Positions 9,880 to 20,000 of a stretch of DNA of 20,000 nucleotides are shown in pieces; the stretch's first letter is position 1, and each line of letters opens with the position of its first letter. A program made the translations under genes and the position numbers. Source of the stretch: Chiloscyllium plagiosum (lineage: Eukaryota); contig NC_057755.1 in assembly GCF_004010195.1 (NCBI RefSeq), forward strand, positions 11,843,443 to 11,863,442, in the 5' to 3' direction. Under the pieces are notes generated by a model. That model did no database searches. It worked only from the letters and a program-made list of their open reading frames with translations, and was not told the origin of the DNA.

Positions 9880-10975
9880 ATACAAGTTTGTTTAGTTTGC
9901 AAGATTAAAGTACATAGGATAAAATGTAATGTACTGAATTCAGGAGTGGCTAACAGGCATAAAACAGAATTAAAAGCTTCATTCTTGCATTGGCAGGATG
10001 TAACCAATGAGGTAACACAAGAATCAATTCTTGGACTCCACCTGTTCACAATATACCATATATCAATGATTTGGAGATGGGACCAAATGTAATTTTTCCA
10101 CTTCCATTGAAATTGCAAAGCTAAGTAGAAATGTGTTTTGTGAGGAAGATGTCAAGTGATTTCAGGAGGATTTAGACTGGCTTAGTGATTTGGATGAGAT
10201 CATGACTGTTGGAATGTAATGTGAAAAAAAATGAGGTTATCCACTTTGTGCTGAATATTTCTTATGTGGTAAAAGTTAAAAAGTGTAAATGTACAAAGGG
10301 ACCTCAACATTCTTGTCAGTAAGTTACTGAAGGCTGACATGGAGGCACACTAAGTAATCAGAAAGGCTAATATGTTGGACTTTATCACCAGAGGATTTGA
10401 GTATAGAAGTAGCAAAGTCTTGCTTTAATTGTATAGAACCTTGGATAAAATGCACCTGGAGTACTCTGTACAGTTTTGGTCTCTGAAGATTATTATTGCC
10501 ATAGAGGGAGGACCCAAAGTTTCACCAGACTTGTTCCTGGAATGATAGAACTGTACTATGAAGAAACATTGGCCAAACTGGGTCCAGACAATTCTCTAGA
10601 GTTTTGAAGAATGAGAATGAAACTTTGAAAATATTTTAAGCAATAGACTATGTCGATACAATTGAGATGATCCCCTTGTTGGGGAGTCTATAACCAGGGG
10701 ACACAATTTAAGAATAAGTGGAGTGCCACTTAGCTCTGAGATTAAGATAATTTTCTTTTTACTCAGGTTTGTGAAGCTTTTGAATTCTGTAACTCAAAGA
10801 CTGTGCAAGCTTCGTCTTTGAGAATGTTTAAAGCTTTAAAAGATTTCTAAGTAGCAATGCCATTATAGTTTGAGAATAGTGTGAGAAAAAGCCTTTGATT
10901 AGGATGATGAGATGTGATTGTATTGAATAGCAGGGCAGACCTGACAAGCTGAACAGACACTTTATGCTTTTATGT
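9880..10975 (+). mobile_element. Old, highly decayed CR1-clade LINE (RT C-terminal half to 3' end)
   Basis: Remnants of CR1 motifs: GGATAAAA..AGTGGCTAACAGGCA, GAGGTTATCCACTTTG, CACCTGGAGTACTCTGTACAGTTTTGGTCTC, ACCAGGGGACACAATTTAAGAATAAG. Boundaries approximate. Confidence 0.75.
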
Positions 10976-11627
10976 ACCCAAATAAGCATTCTCTTATATT
11001 GATTAGTCCCCATATGCCAAGAAGATGTTTGACTTCTTCAGGGATGCTTTGAGGACATTACTAAAGTGTCTCCTTAGAGGTGGCTTTAAGTGATTAGCGC
11101 CTGATGCTTAGCTCTGCCTCGCCGACTGCAAAAATGAATAAAGTTGATTTGGGGCTTGAAAATGAATTAGAGAATTACAGTGTCAGGCTCCTGAAGGGTT
11201 AGCATTGCTTTCTTGTTTTTACTCAAAAAAGCCCCGCGACAGTGAAAACATTGTTTTCCTGTCTGCTAGATAGTAGCAAATGCTCTTCCTTTTGCTCAAA
11301 GATTTAAAAAAAACTTCCCTGTTTCACCCAATGTGCACCTCTGCATCAGGTACACCTGGGATTTCAAAATGAAAATTCATTTCCAGAGTTCAGAAATGGA
11401 TTTTTTCCTCAACAACTTCGTTGTATAAAATCTGCTTGCATGGCTATTCTTCTCAGAAAAATTTGTTTGAATGGTTTTGAGAAATAAAATTTGAATCCTT
11501 TGATTACAATCAAATGCCTTTCTTCGTACTATATTCAATTCAGAATGGTGTTAATCAAGTCAAGCAGGACCCAATGTCTTAACAAGATAAAACAGCATCA
11601 TGAAGTGGTACACTTCTGTGACATTAA

Positions 11628-12185
11628 AGAAGAACACAAGATAAGCAGGAGTCGGCAATCCAACCCATCAAGTCTGCCATTTAATACATTCATCTCTGAT
11701 CTCTCTGTCTCACCTCCACTTTCCTGCCTGCTCCCCATAGCACTTTAATCCATTTATAATTCAAAGTCTGTTTATCTTTACCTTAAATCTTTTCAGACTC
11801 CCAGCACTCTGTGATAGTGATTTCCACAGATTCGCAACACTTCAAAAGAAGTAATTCTTCCTCTTCTCTGTTTTAAACCTGCCACTCTGTACCCTAAAAT
11901 TATGAGCTCTTATTCTAGGTTGCCCCACTTTGTCAATCCCTGTTCGCACCTTCTACACCTCAAGCAGATCTTCTTTAATCCTTCTAAACTCTAGCAAGTA
12001 TCGGCCTAAACTGCCCGATCTCTCTTCATAAGACAAATCTTTCATCTCTGGAATTAGACAAATAAACCTTCCCTGAACTGCCTGAATGCAATTACATCCT
12101 TCCTCAAGAAAGGAGGCACTATACACAGTACTCCAGATGCAGTATCACCCCAATGCCTAATACAATCGCAACAGCACTTCCCTGT
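11628..12185 (-). mobile_element. CR1-clade LINE 3' fragment
   Basis: Tail AGAAGAACACAAGATAAGCAGGAGTCGGC. Layout parallels 8537-9122 and ends near ACACAGTACTCCAGATG (HLEYCV). Confidence 0.8.
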
Positions 12186-12229
12186 ATCGTAGGACACAGA
12201 ATTTATAGTAAGAGATATCATTTTTTTGG

Positions 12230-12670
12230 TAAAATCTTAAGTTATCTCGGGAATGTGACTTGAAAGAAGTTCTGGAGTTTACATATTAATGAATCAAAAT
12301 GCACTCATTTTATGTGACTAAGACTTAACAGCAATCTTGATTTATTCAATATATTGCATCAGTTGTATAACAGTTTGATCTTTTACTGTAAATTGTGTGT
12401 CCTCTGATTCTGAGGAGAAAGTGAGGACTGCAGATGCTGGAGATCGGAGCTTAAAAATGTGTTGCTGGAAAAGCGCAGCAGGTCAGGCAGCATCAAAGGA
12501 GAAGGAGAATTGACGTTTCGGGCATAAGCCATTCTTCCAGCAACACATTTTTAAGCTCTGTCCTCTGATTCTGCCCCACTAGCTACCTGATAAAGGAGCA
12601 GGTTCCAAAAGTTTGTATTTCCAAATACAATCATCAGACTATAACCTAGTGGTTTGTGATTTTTAACTTT
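12230..12670 (+). mobile_element. 3' end of a third PLE-like family, interrupted at 12413-12558, with a degenerate hammerhead at ~12587-12612
   Basis: CTGATAA-A-GGAGC-AG-GTTCC-AAAA matches the CUGAUGA/helix II/GAAA layout with two G>A changes. Family assignment is inference. Confidence 0.55.
12413..12558 (-). mobile_element. Mini PLE pLTR insertion with 24-bp inverted arm and 15-bp TSD
   Basis: TGTCCTCTGATTCTG is duplicated at 12398-12412 and 12559-12573. 12535-12558 is the inverted copy of 12447-12470. Confidence 0.9.
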
Positions 12671-13420
12671 CTGCTGGTTAGCCAATCCTCTCTATACAGA
12701 CTCATATATTATCCCTAACTTGGTGTGATTTTATCTTGTGTATTAATCTTTGTGCCACACCTTATCCAGTATCTACTGGAATATATCTACAGGATCCCCA
12801 TTATCCACTTGGCTTGTTACATCTTCAAAAACAAACTCTAGCAAATTAGTCAAACAAAATTTACCCTTTATCAAACGATGCTGATTCTAATGCGTTATGT
12901 TTTCACTTAGAACAAGAGTTGAGGAGAAATTTCTTCACCCAGACAGTGGTGGATGTATGGAATGCTGTGCCCCAGAAGGCAGTGGGGCCAAGTCTCTGGA
13001 TACTTTCACAAAAGAAATGGACAGAACTCTTAAAGATAGTGGAATCAAAGGTTATGCGGATAAGGCAGGAACAGTATACTGACTGTGGATGATCAGCCAT
13101 GATCATAATGAATGGTGGTGCTGGCTCAAAGAGCCGAATGGCCTACTCCTGCACCTATTGTCTATTGACTTTAGAAATATCCTATATGACTTCCTTAATA
13201 ACGGATTCCAATAATTTCCCAGTGACAGATGTTAAACTAACTGGTCTTTACTTTCCTATTTTCTACTTTGTTTTGAATAGCAGTGTTATGTTAGCATTTT
13301 TTGAATCCAATGGAACCTTTCCAAGATCCAGGAAAGTTTGATATGTATAACCAGTGGCATTATCTCTGCTGCCACATCCTTTAAGACCTTAGAATGTAGG
13401 CCATGAGACCCAAGAGACTT
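12671..13420 (-). mobile_element. Older CR1 RT fragments flanking the 12903-13170 insertion
   Basis: CTCTAGCAAATTAGTCAAACA..TTACCCTTTA (~12836-12870) and TTCCCAGTGACAGATGTTAAACTAACTGGTCT (RPVSLTS, ~13216-13247). Minus translation LKDVAAEI. Confidence 0.7.
12903..13170 (+). mobile_element. CR1-clade LINE 3' end, inserted in an older minus-strand CR1
   Basis: GAGGAGAAATTTCTTCACCCAGACAGTGGT..TGGAATGCT, GATCAGCCATGATCATAATGAATGGTGGTGCTGGCTC, tail CCTATTGTCTATTG. Confidence 0.85.
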
Positions 13421-16335
13421 AGAAGACAGAACAATACAGAACAGGCCCTTCAGCCCTCGATGTTGCGTCGACCTGTGAACTATTCTCAACTCGTCCCCCT
13501 ACACTATCCCAAAATCATCCATATGCTTATCTAAGGATCGTTTAAATCTCCCTAATGTGGCTGAGTTGACTACCTTAGCAGGTCAGGCATTCCACGCCCA
13601 TACGACTCTCTGCGTAAAGAACTTGCCTCTGACATCTGTCTTAAATCTATCACCCCTCAATTTGTAGTTATGCCCTCTCGTACAAGCTGACATCATCATC
13701 CTAGGAAAACGTCTTTCTCTGTCTACCTATCTAATCCTCCGATCATCTTGTATGTCTTTATCAAATCCCCCCTTAGCCTTCTTCTTTCCAATGAGAACAG
13801 ACCCAAGTCTCTCAGCCTTTCCTCTTAAGACCTTCCCTCCAGACCAGACAACATCCTGGTAAATCTCCTCTGCACCTTTTCCAATGCTTCCATATCCTTT
13901 CTGTAAGGGGGCGACCAGAACTGTACACAATATTCCAAGTGTGGCCGCACCCATCTACACTACCAAGAATCTTTCCATTGACCAAATACTCTGCCATCCT
14001 GTTATTCTTCCCAAAGTGCATCATCTCACATTTGGCTACATTGAACTCCATTTGCCATCTCTCAGCCCAATTCTGCAATTTATCCAAGTCCCCCTGCAAC
14101 CTGTAACATTCTTCCAAACTGTCCATTACTCCACCAACTTTAGGGTCGTCTGCAAATTTACTAATCCATCCATCTAAGCCTGTGCCTAAGTCATTTATAA
14201 AAATGACCAATAGCAGTGTTCCCACAACAGATCCTTGTGACACACCACTAGTAACTGGACTCCAGACTGAATATTTTCCATCAACCACCACTCGCTGCTG
14301 TCTTTCAGAAAGCCAGTTTCTAAACCCAACTGCTAAATCGCCCTCCATTCCATGCCTCTGCATTTTCTCCATCGGCCTACCATGTGGAACCTTATCAAAG
14401 GCTTTACTGAAGTCCAAGTATACCACGTCAACTGCCCTACCCTCCTCTACATGTTTGGTCACCTTCTCAAAAAACTCAGTGAGGTTTGTGAGACACGACC
14501 TGCCCGTGACGAAACCATGTTGACTATCTGAAATCAAATTGTTGCTTGCTAGATGATTATAAATCTTATCTCTCATAATCCTTTCCAAAACCTTTCCTAC
14601 AACAGAAGTAAGGCTCACTGGTCTATAATGACCTGGGTCATCTCTGCTGCCCTTCTTGAACAAGGGCACAACATTTGCAATCCTCCAGTCGTCAGGTACT
14701 AAACGTGTAGACAATGATGACTCAAATATCAAAGCCAAACGCTCCGCTATCTCCTCCCTAAGCTTCCCAGAGAATCCTCGGATAAATCCCATCCAGCCCA
14801 GGGGATATGCCTACTTTCACTCCTTCTAGAATTGATAACACCTGTTTGTAACTAACCTTGATCCTTTCTAGTCTAATATCTCATACCTCATCCTTTTCCT
14901 CTACAATATTCTCCTTGCCCTGAATGAACACCGATGAGAAATGTTCATTTAGCACCTCTCTGATCTCCACAGGGTCCACACTGAACTTCCCACTTCTGTC
15001 TTTGACTGGCCCTATTCCTTCTCTCGTCACCCTTTTACTCTTCACATATGTATAGAAAGCTATAGGGTTCTCCTTTATTCTGTTGGCTAAAGACTGCTCG
15101 TGTCCTCTCTTTGCTCTTCTTAAATTTCTCTTTAAATACTTCCTAGCTGATCTGTAATTCTCCATCGCTTCATCTGAACCATCTTGCCTCATCAACATGT
15201 AAGTCTCCCTCTTCTGCTTAACAAGAGATGTACTTTCTGTAGTAAACCACGGTTCCCTTACCTTATCACTTCCCCCCGCCTGATAGGGACGTACCTATCA
15301 AGGACACGCAATATCTGTTCCTTAAACCAACTCCACATTTCGATTGTCTGCATCTCCTGCATTTTGCTACCCCATTCTATCCATCCTAATACTTGCTTAA
15401 TCGCATCATAATTGCCCTTGCCTCATCGATAACTCTTGACCTGTGGCATGTACCTATCCCTTTCCATCACTAAACTAAACGTAACTGGATTATGGTCAAT
15501 CTCTCCAAAGTGCTCACCTACAACCAAATCAAACACTTGGCCTGGTTCATTACCAAGCATCAGATCCAGTGTGGCCTCCCCTCTTGTCAGCCCTTCGACA
15601 TACTGTGTCAGGAAACCCTCCTGTACACATTTGACAAAAACAGATCCATTTGACGTACTAGAGCTGTAACATTTCCAATCAATGTTGGGGAAGTTAAAGC
15701 CCCCCATAATGACCACCCAGTTCCTTTCACTCCTACCCAGAATAATGTTGCTAATCCTCTCTTCCACCTCCCTGGAACTCTGCAGAGGCCTATAAATAAA
15801 CTCCAAAAAGTGTGACCTCTCCTGTTTCTAACCTCAGCCCACACTACTTCAGTAGACGAGTCCTCATCAAAATTTCTGCCCCACCGTTATACTATCCTTG
15901 ACGAACAAGTCCACGCCTCCCCTTTTTTACTGCCTTGCCTGTTTTCAATGAAAGATCTAAACCCTGGAACCTGCAACATCCATTCCTCACCCTGCTCTAT
16001 CCATGTCCCAGGTCTCTGTCCATGCTGCAAGCTCACCTACCTTATTTCGGATACTTCTGGCATTGAAGTAGACACACTTCAAACCACTTCGCTGTCTGCC
16101 AGTACATTCCTGTGACCCTGAAATCCTGTCTCTGTCCTTCCTACTCTCATCCTCCTGTGCACTGCAGCTACACCTCCGGTTCCCATCCTCCTGCTGAACT
16201 AGTTTAAACCCACCCGTATAGCACCAGCAAATTTCCCACCAAGGATATTAGTATCCCTCTGGTTCAAGTGAAGACCGTCCTGATTGAGCCCCAATTATCC
16301 AAAAACCTGAAACCCTCCCTCCTGCACCATCCTTG
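13420..16335 (-). mobile_element. Long CR1-clade LINE remnant: APE endonuclease + RT + 3' tail, frameshifted and internally deleted
   Basis: APE motifs IYRP, MGGFNFPNIDW, LDL, EHFGEIDHN (15423-15806). RT ORF 13812-14792 with YLDFSKAFDKV, SQGSVVG, KFADD. A deletion near 13949 joins GSVD to the VRPHLEY segment out of frame. Confidence 0.95.
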
Positions 16336-16362
16336 CAGGACTTGTCTGCCTTAATCCCAATA

Positions 16363-18065
16363 GGAGAAATTGAGGACTGCAAATGCTGTAGATTGGATTT
16401 GAGAGTGTAGTGCTGGAATAGCACGGTAGGTCAGGCAGCATCCGAGGAGCAGGAGAATCGACGTTTCGGGCATAAGCCTTTCATTAGGAATGAGGCTTGC
16501 GGATCAGGGCTGAGAGATAAATGGGATGGGGGTGGGGTTGTGAGGAGCTAGCTGGAAAAGCAATAGATGGATGAAGGCGAGGTGATAGGTCAGAGGGGGC
16601 AGTGATGGACGGGTCCGGAGGGCAGTGCCGAGTTGAAGGGTTGGGAGTGCGATAATATGGGGGGAGGGGAAATGAGGAAGCTGTTGAAATCCACATTTAT
16701 CCTGTGTGGTTGCAAGGTCCCAAGGCGAAACATAAGGTGTTTCTCCAGGTAAGGGTTTGGCGGTGGAGGAGGCCCAGGCCCTGCATGTCCTTGACTGAGT
16801 GGGAGGGGGAGTTGAAGTGTTCAGCCACGGATCGGTGGGGTTGGTTGTTCTCTGAAACAATCCGCAAGAAAGCATCTTGTCTCCCTGATATAGAGGCGAC
16901 CATACTGGGTGCAACGAATGCAGTAGATGACATTGGTAGAGGTGCAGGTGAATGTCTGATGGATGTGGAAGGATCCCTTTGAGCTTTGGAAGGAGGTGAG
17001 GGGAAAAGTGTGGGCGGATGTTTCACACTTCCTGCGATGGCAGAGAAAGATGCCAGGAATGGGGTGTGGACTGGTGGGGGGTGTGGATCTGACGAGGGAG
17101 TCGCAGAGGGAAGTCTTTTGGAATACTGATAGGGATGGGGAGGGAAATATATCTCTGGTGGTGGGGTCTGTTTGGAGGCGGCAGAAGTGGCGGAGGATGT
17201 GTTGTATGTGGAGGTTGGTGGGGTGGAAGGTGAGGAGTGGGGGCGGGGGTCCGTCCTTGTTGCGTCAGGAGGGGTGGGGTTCAAGGGCAATGGTGCGTGA
17301 AGTGGAGGAGATGCACTGGAGGGCATCATCAACTACATGGGAAGGGAAGTTGCGATCTTGGAAGAAGGAGGCCATCTGGGACTTTGAGGTGGGATAGCTC
17401 ATCCTGGGAACAGATGCGATGGAGGTGGAGGAATTAGGAATAAGGAATGGTGTTTTTACACGAGGTAGGGTGGGAGGAGGTGTAGTCTAAGTAGCTGTGG
17501 GAGTCTGTGGGCATGTAGTATATGTCTGTGTTTAGTCAGTTACCAGAGACAGTAATGGAGAGGTCGAGGAAAGGGAGGGAGGTTGTCGAGATGGTCCAGG
17601 TGAATTTGAGGTCGGGGTGGAAGGTTGTTGAACTGTTCAACCTCCTCATGGAAGCACGAGGTGGCGCTGATAAAGTCATCGATGTAGCGGAAGAACAGAA
17701 GGGGGTTGGTACCACTGTAACTGCAGAAGATGACAAACAGGCAGGTATAGCTGGGTCCCATGCGCGTGTCTATAGCTATCCCTTTGGTTTGGAGGAAATG
17801 GGAGGATTGGAAGAAGAGGTTTTTGAGGGTGTCAGTGGAAGGGACGGCGTGAGAGGAAGAAACAGAGTGCTTGGAGACCGTCGTCGTGGCAGATCAATGT
17901 GTACAGGGACTGGATGTCAATAGTGAAGATGGTGTGTTGTGGGCCGGAGAGACAAAAATCTTGGAGAAGGTGAAGGACGTGTGGTGTCACAAATGTAAGT
18001 GGGGAGTTCCTGGACTAAGGAGGAACAGGACGTTGTTGAGGTAGGAAGAGATGAGTGCGGTGAGT
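16363..18065 (-). mobile_element. 5'-truncated Penelope-like element: partial RT, GIY-YIG endonuclease, 3' UTR and pLTR with degenerate hammerhead
   Basis: MGPSYTCLF..FFRYIDDF (RT). FTCTSTNVIYCIRC..LYI(R)ET and VAEHFNSPSHS (GIY-YIG) at ~16790-16960. The pLTR at 16363-16495 is homologous to the mini insertions. Confidence 0.9.
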
Positions 18066-18164
18066 CAAGCTTTCAATATCTGTTTTATATTTTGTCCTAA
18101 TCTTATATCACCATCAACTTTTTTTAGTTACTGCGGTTATACAGTGTATTGGTGATGCCACACA

Positions 18165-18905
18165 AAGAACAAAGAAAATTACAGCACAGGAACAGGCCCT
18201 TCAGTCCTCCATGCCTGTGCTGATCCAGATCCGCTATCTGAAACCTATTGGCTATTTTCTAAGGATCTTTATCCCTCTACTCCCTGCCCATTCATGTATC
18301 TATTTCGGTATATCTTAAATGATGCTATCATGCCCGCCTCTACCACCTCCGCTGGCAACACGTTCCAGGCACCCACCACCCTCTGCGTAAAGAACTTTCC
18401 ACAAATATCTACCCAAAACTCTTCCCCTCTCACTTTGAACTAATGACCCCTAGTAATTGAATGCCCCACTCTGGGAAAAAGCTTCTTGCTATCCATCCTG
18501 TCTATACCTCTCATGATTTTGTAGACCTCAATCAGGTCCCCCCTCAACTTCCGTCTTTCTAATGAAAATAATCTTAATTTACTCCATCTCTCTTCATAGC
18601 TAGTGCTCTCCATGCCAAGCAACCTCCTCTGCACCCTCTCCAAATCATCCACTTCCTCTTGGGAATGTGCCCACCAGGACTGTATGCAGTATTCCAAATG
18701 TGGCCAAACCAAAGTCTTATACAACTGTTACATGATCTGCCAACTCTTGTATTCAGTACCCTGTCCGATGAAGGACAGTATGCCATATGCCTTCTTGACC
18801 ACTCTGTTGACCTGCGTTGCCACCTTCAGGGAACAGTGGACCTGAATGCCCAGATCTCTCTGTACATCAATTTTCCCCAGGACCTTTCATTTACTGTATA
18901 ATTCC
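18165..18905 (-). mobile_element. CR1-clade LINE 3' fragment
   Basis: ACAAAGA tail repeats. Minus translation YKTLVWPHLEYCIQSW...LRLFSLERRKLRGDLIEVYKIMRG. Confidence 0.9.
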
Positions 18906-18919
18906 TTGAATTTTGTTTT

Positions 18920-19345
18920 GTGTGGTTTTGGTCTCTTCATGTGAGGGATGAGAATTCTTGCTGTTGAGGGAGTCTAGCAAAAATTCACCAGACTGATTCC
19001 TGGGATGACACGACTGACGTAGGAAGAAAGATTGGTTTGACTGGGCTAGTACTCACTGGAATTTCGAAGAATAAGGGGACTGTCAGAGACCAATAAAATC
19101 CTGATGGTACTGGACAGTCCAGATGCAGGAAGAGTGTTCTCAATGTTGGGTAAGTCCAGAACTAGGGGTCACAGTCTTATAATAAGGGGAAAGCCATGCA
19201 GAACTGAGATGAGGAACAATTCACTAGGAGAGTTGTGAACCTGTTAGGGCTAGTTTGTTACATATATTCAAGAGGGAACTGGACATGGCTGTTGTGAATA
19301 AAGGGATAAGAAGAAAAAGCAGGAGTATGATACTGAAATTGCATG
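18920..19345 (+). mobile_element. Decayed CR1-clade LINE 3' fragment
   Basis: TTCACCAGACTGATTCCTGGGATG, ACTCACTGGAATTTCGAAGAATAAGGGG and TCCAGAACTAGGGGTCACAGTCT match CR1 C-terminal coding sequence. Confidence 0.8.
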
Positions 19346-19355
19346 AACTAGGAGA

Positions 19356-19655
19356 TAGATTAGATTAGATTCCCTTCGGCCCAACTAGTCCACACCAACC
19401 CTCCGAAGAGCAACCCACCCAGATCTATTTCCCTCTGACTAATGCACCTAACACTATGGGCAATTTAGCATGGCCAATTCACCTGACCTGCACATCTTTG
19501 GATTGTGGGAGGAAACCAGAGCACCCGGAGGAAGCCCACGCAGACACGGGGAGAATGTACAAACTCCACACAGACGGTTGTGCGAGGCTGGAATTGAACC
19601 TGGGACCCTGGTGCTGTGAGGCAGCATTGCTGACCACTGAGCCACCGTGCCGCCC
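19356..19655 (-). mobile_element. HE1-type tRNA-derived V-SINE
   Basis: Head GGGCGGCACGGTGGCTCAGTGG (A box) and GGTTCAATTCC (B box), V-domain TGTGTGGAGTTTG.ACATTCTCCCCGTGTCTGCGTGGG.TTCCTCCGGGTGCTC, CR1-like tail GGGCCGAAGGG and AATCT repeats. Confidence 0.92.
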
Positions 19656-19658
19656 TAA

Positions 19659-20000
19659 GTGGGGACTGCAGATGCTGGAGAAGTCAGAATCGATAAAGTG
19701 TGGTGCAGGAAAAAGCTCAGTAGGTCGAGCAGCATCTGAGGAACAAAATAATTGATTTTTTGGGCATAACCCTTCCTCAGGACTGGGGAGGGGGGAAGGT
19801 GGTGGTGCTGGGAGAATGTAGGTGGGATGGCAATAGGTGGGTGAAGGTCAGATGTGCTTGTGATAGGCCGGTGGGAAGGAAGATGGACAGGTAGGTCAAG
19901 TGAAGAGGGTGGAGCCAAGTCACAGGGTTGGATCTAGGATGGGGTGGGGGGAGGGTAGATTAGGGAACTGGTGAGTTCAAAGCTGGGACCGTGTGGTTGT
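19659..20000 (-). mobile_element. PLE pLTR and 3' UTR, continues past the window end
   Basis: GGGGACTGCAGATGCTGGAG...GCAGCATCTGAGGAAC...GGGCATAACCCTTCCTCAGG followed by G-rich sequence like 16500-16700. Confidence 0.8.

Noticed and set aside
13812..14792. 326-aa RT ORF as an active or domesticated gene
   Set aside because: Part of a frameshifted CR1 with an internal deletion near 13949 and substitutions in conserved motifs (SQGSVVG, GGFN).
249..16495. Recurring palindromic repeats as a CRISPR array or DNA-transposon MITE
   Set aside because: They are dispersed, lack spacers, have asymmetric arms and variable 13-15 bp TSDs, and are homologous to the end of a GIY-YIG/RT element.
19580..19655. 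tRNA gene
   Set aside because: The A/B boxes are the head of the V-SINE and continue into the V-domain; no complete cloverleaf.

Overview
Repeat-dense vertebrate genomic DNA, most likely from a shark (inferred from an HE1-type V-SINE, HER1/CR1 LINEs and shark-type Penelope termini). Most of the window is decayed retroelements: about ten CR1-clade LINE fragments, several Penelope-like element (PLE) fragments (RT, GIY-YIG and pseudo-LTR ends) and one tRNA-derived V-SINE. The single host-gene feature is a CpG-rich promoter with RFX X-box-like and PBX/PKNOX motifs followed by a first coding exon (3289-3580, +) of a protein I cannot name. The rest of the window appears to be its first intron, which includes a 500-N assembly gap. 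The most notable signal is a set of tiny (125-210 bp) PLE terminal insertions with 13-15 bp target-site duplications. They carry minimal hammerhead-ribozyme motifs, are all truncated or inverted at the 5' edge of the ribozyme core, and include a 174-bp near-perfect palindrome. No intact transposon ORF is present.
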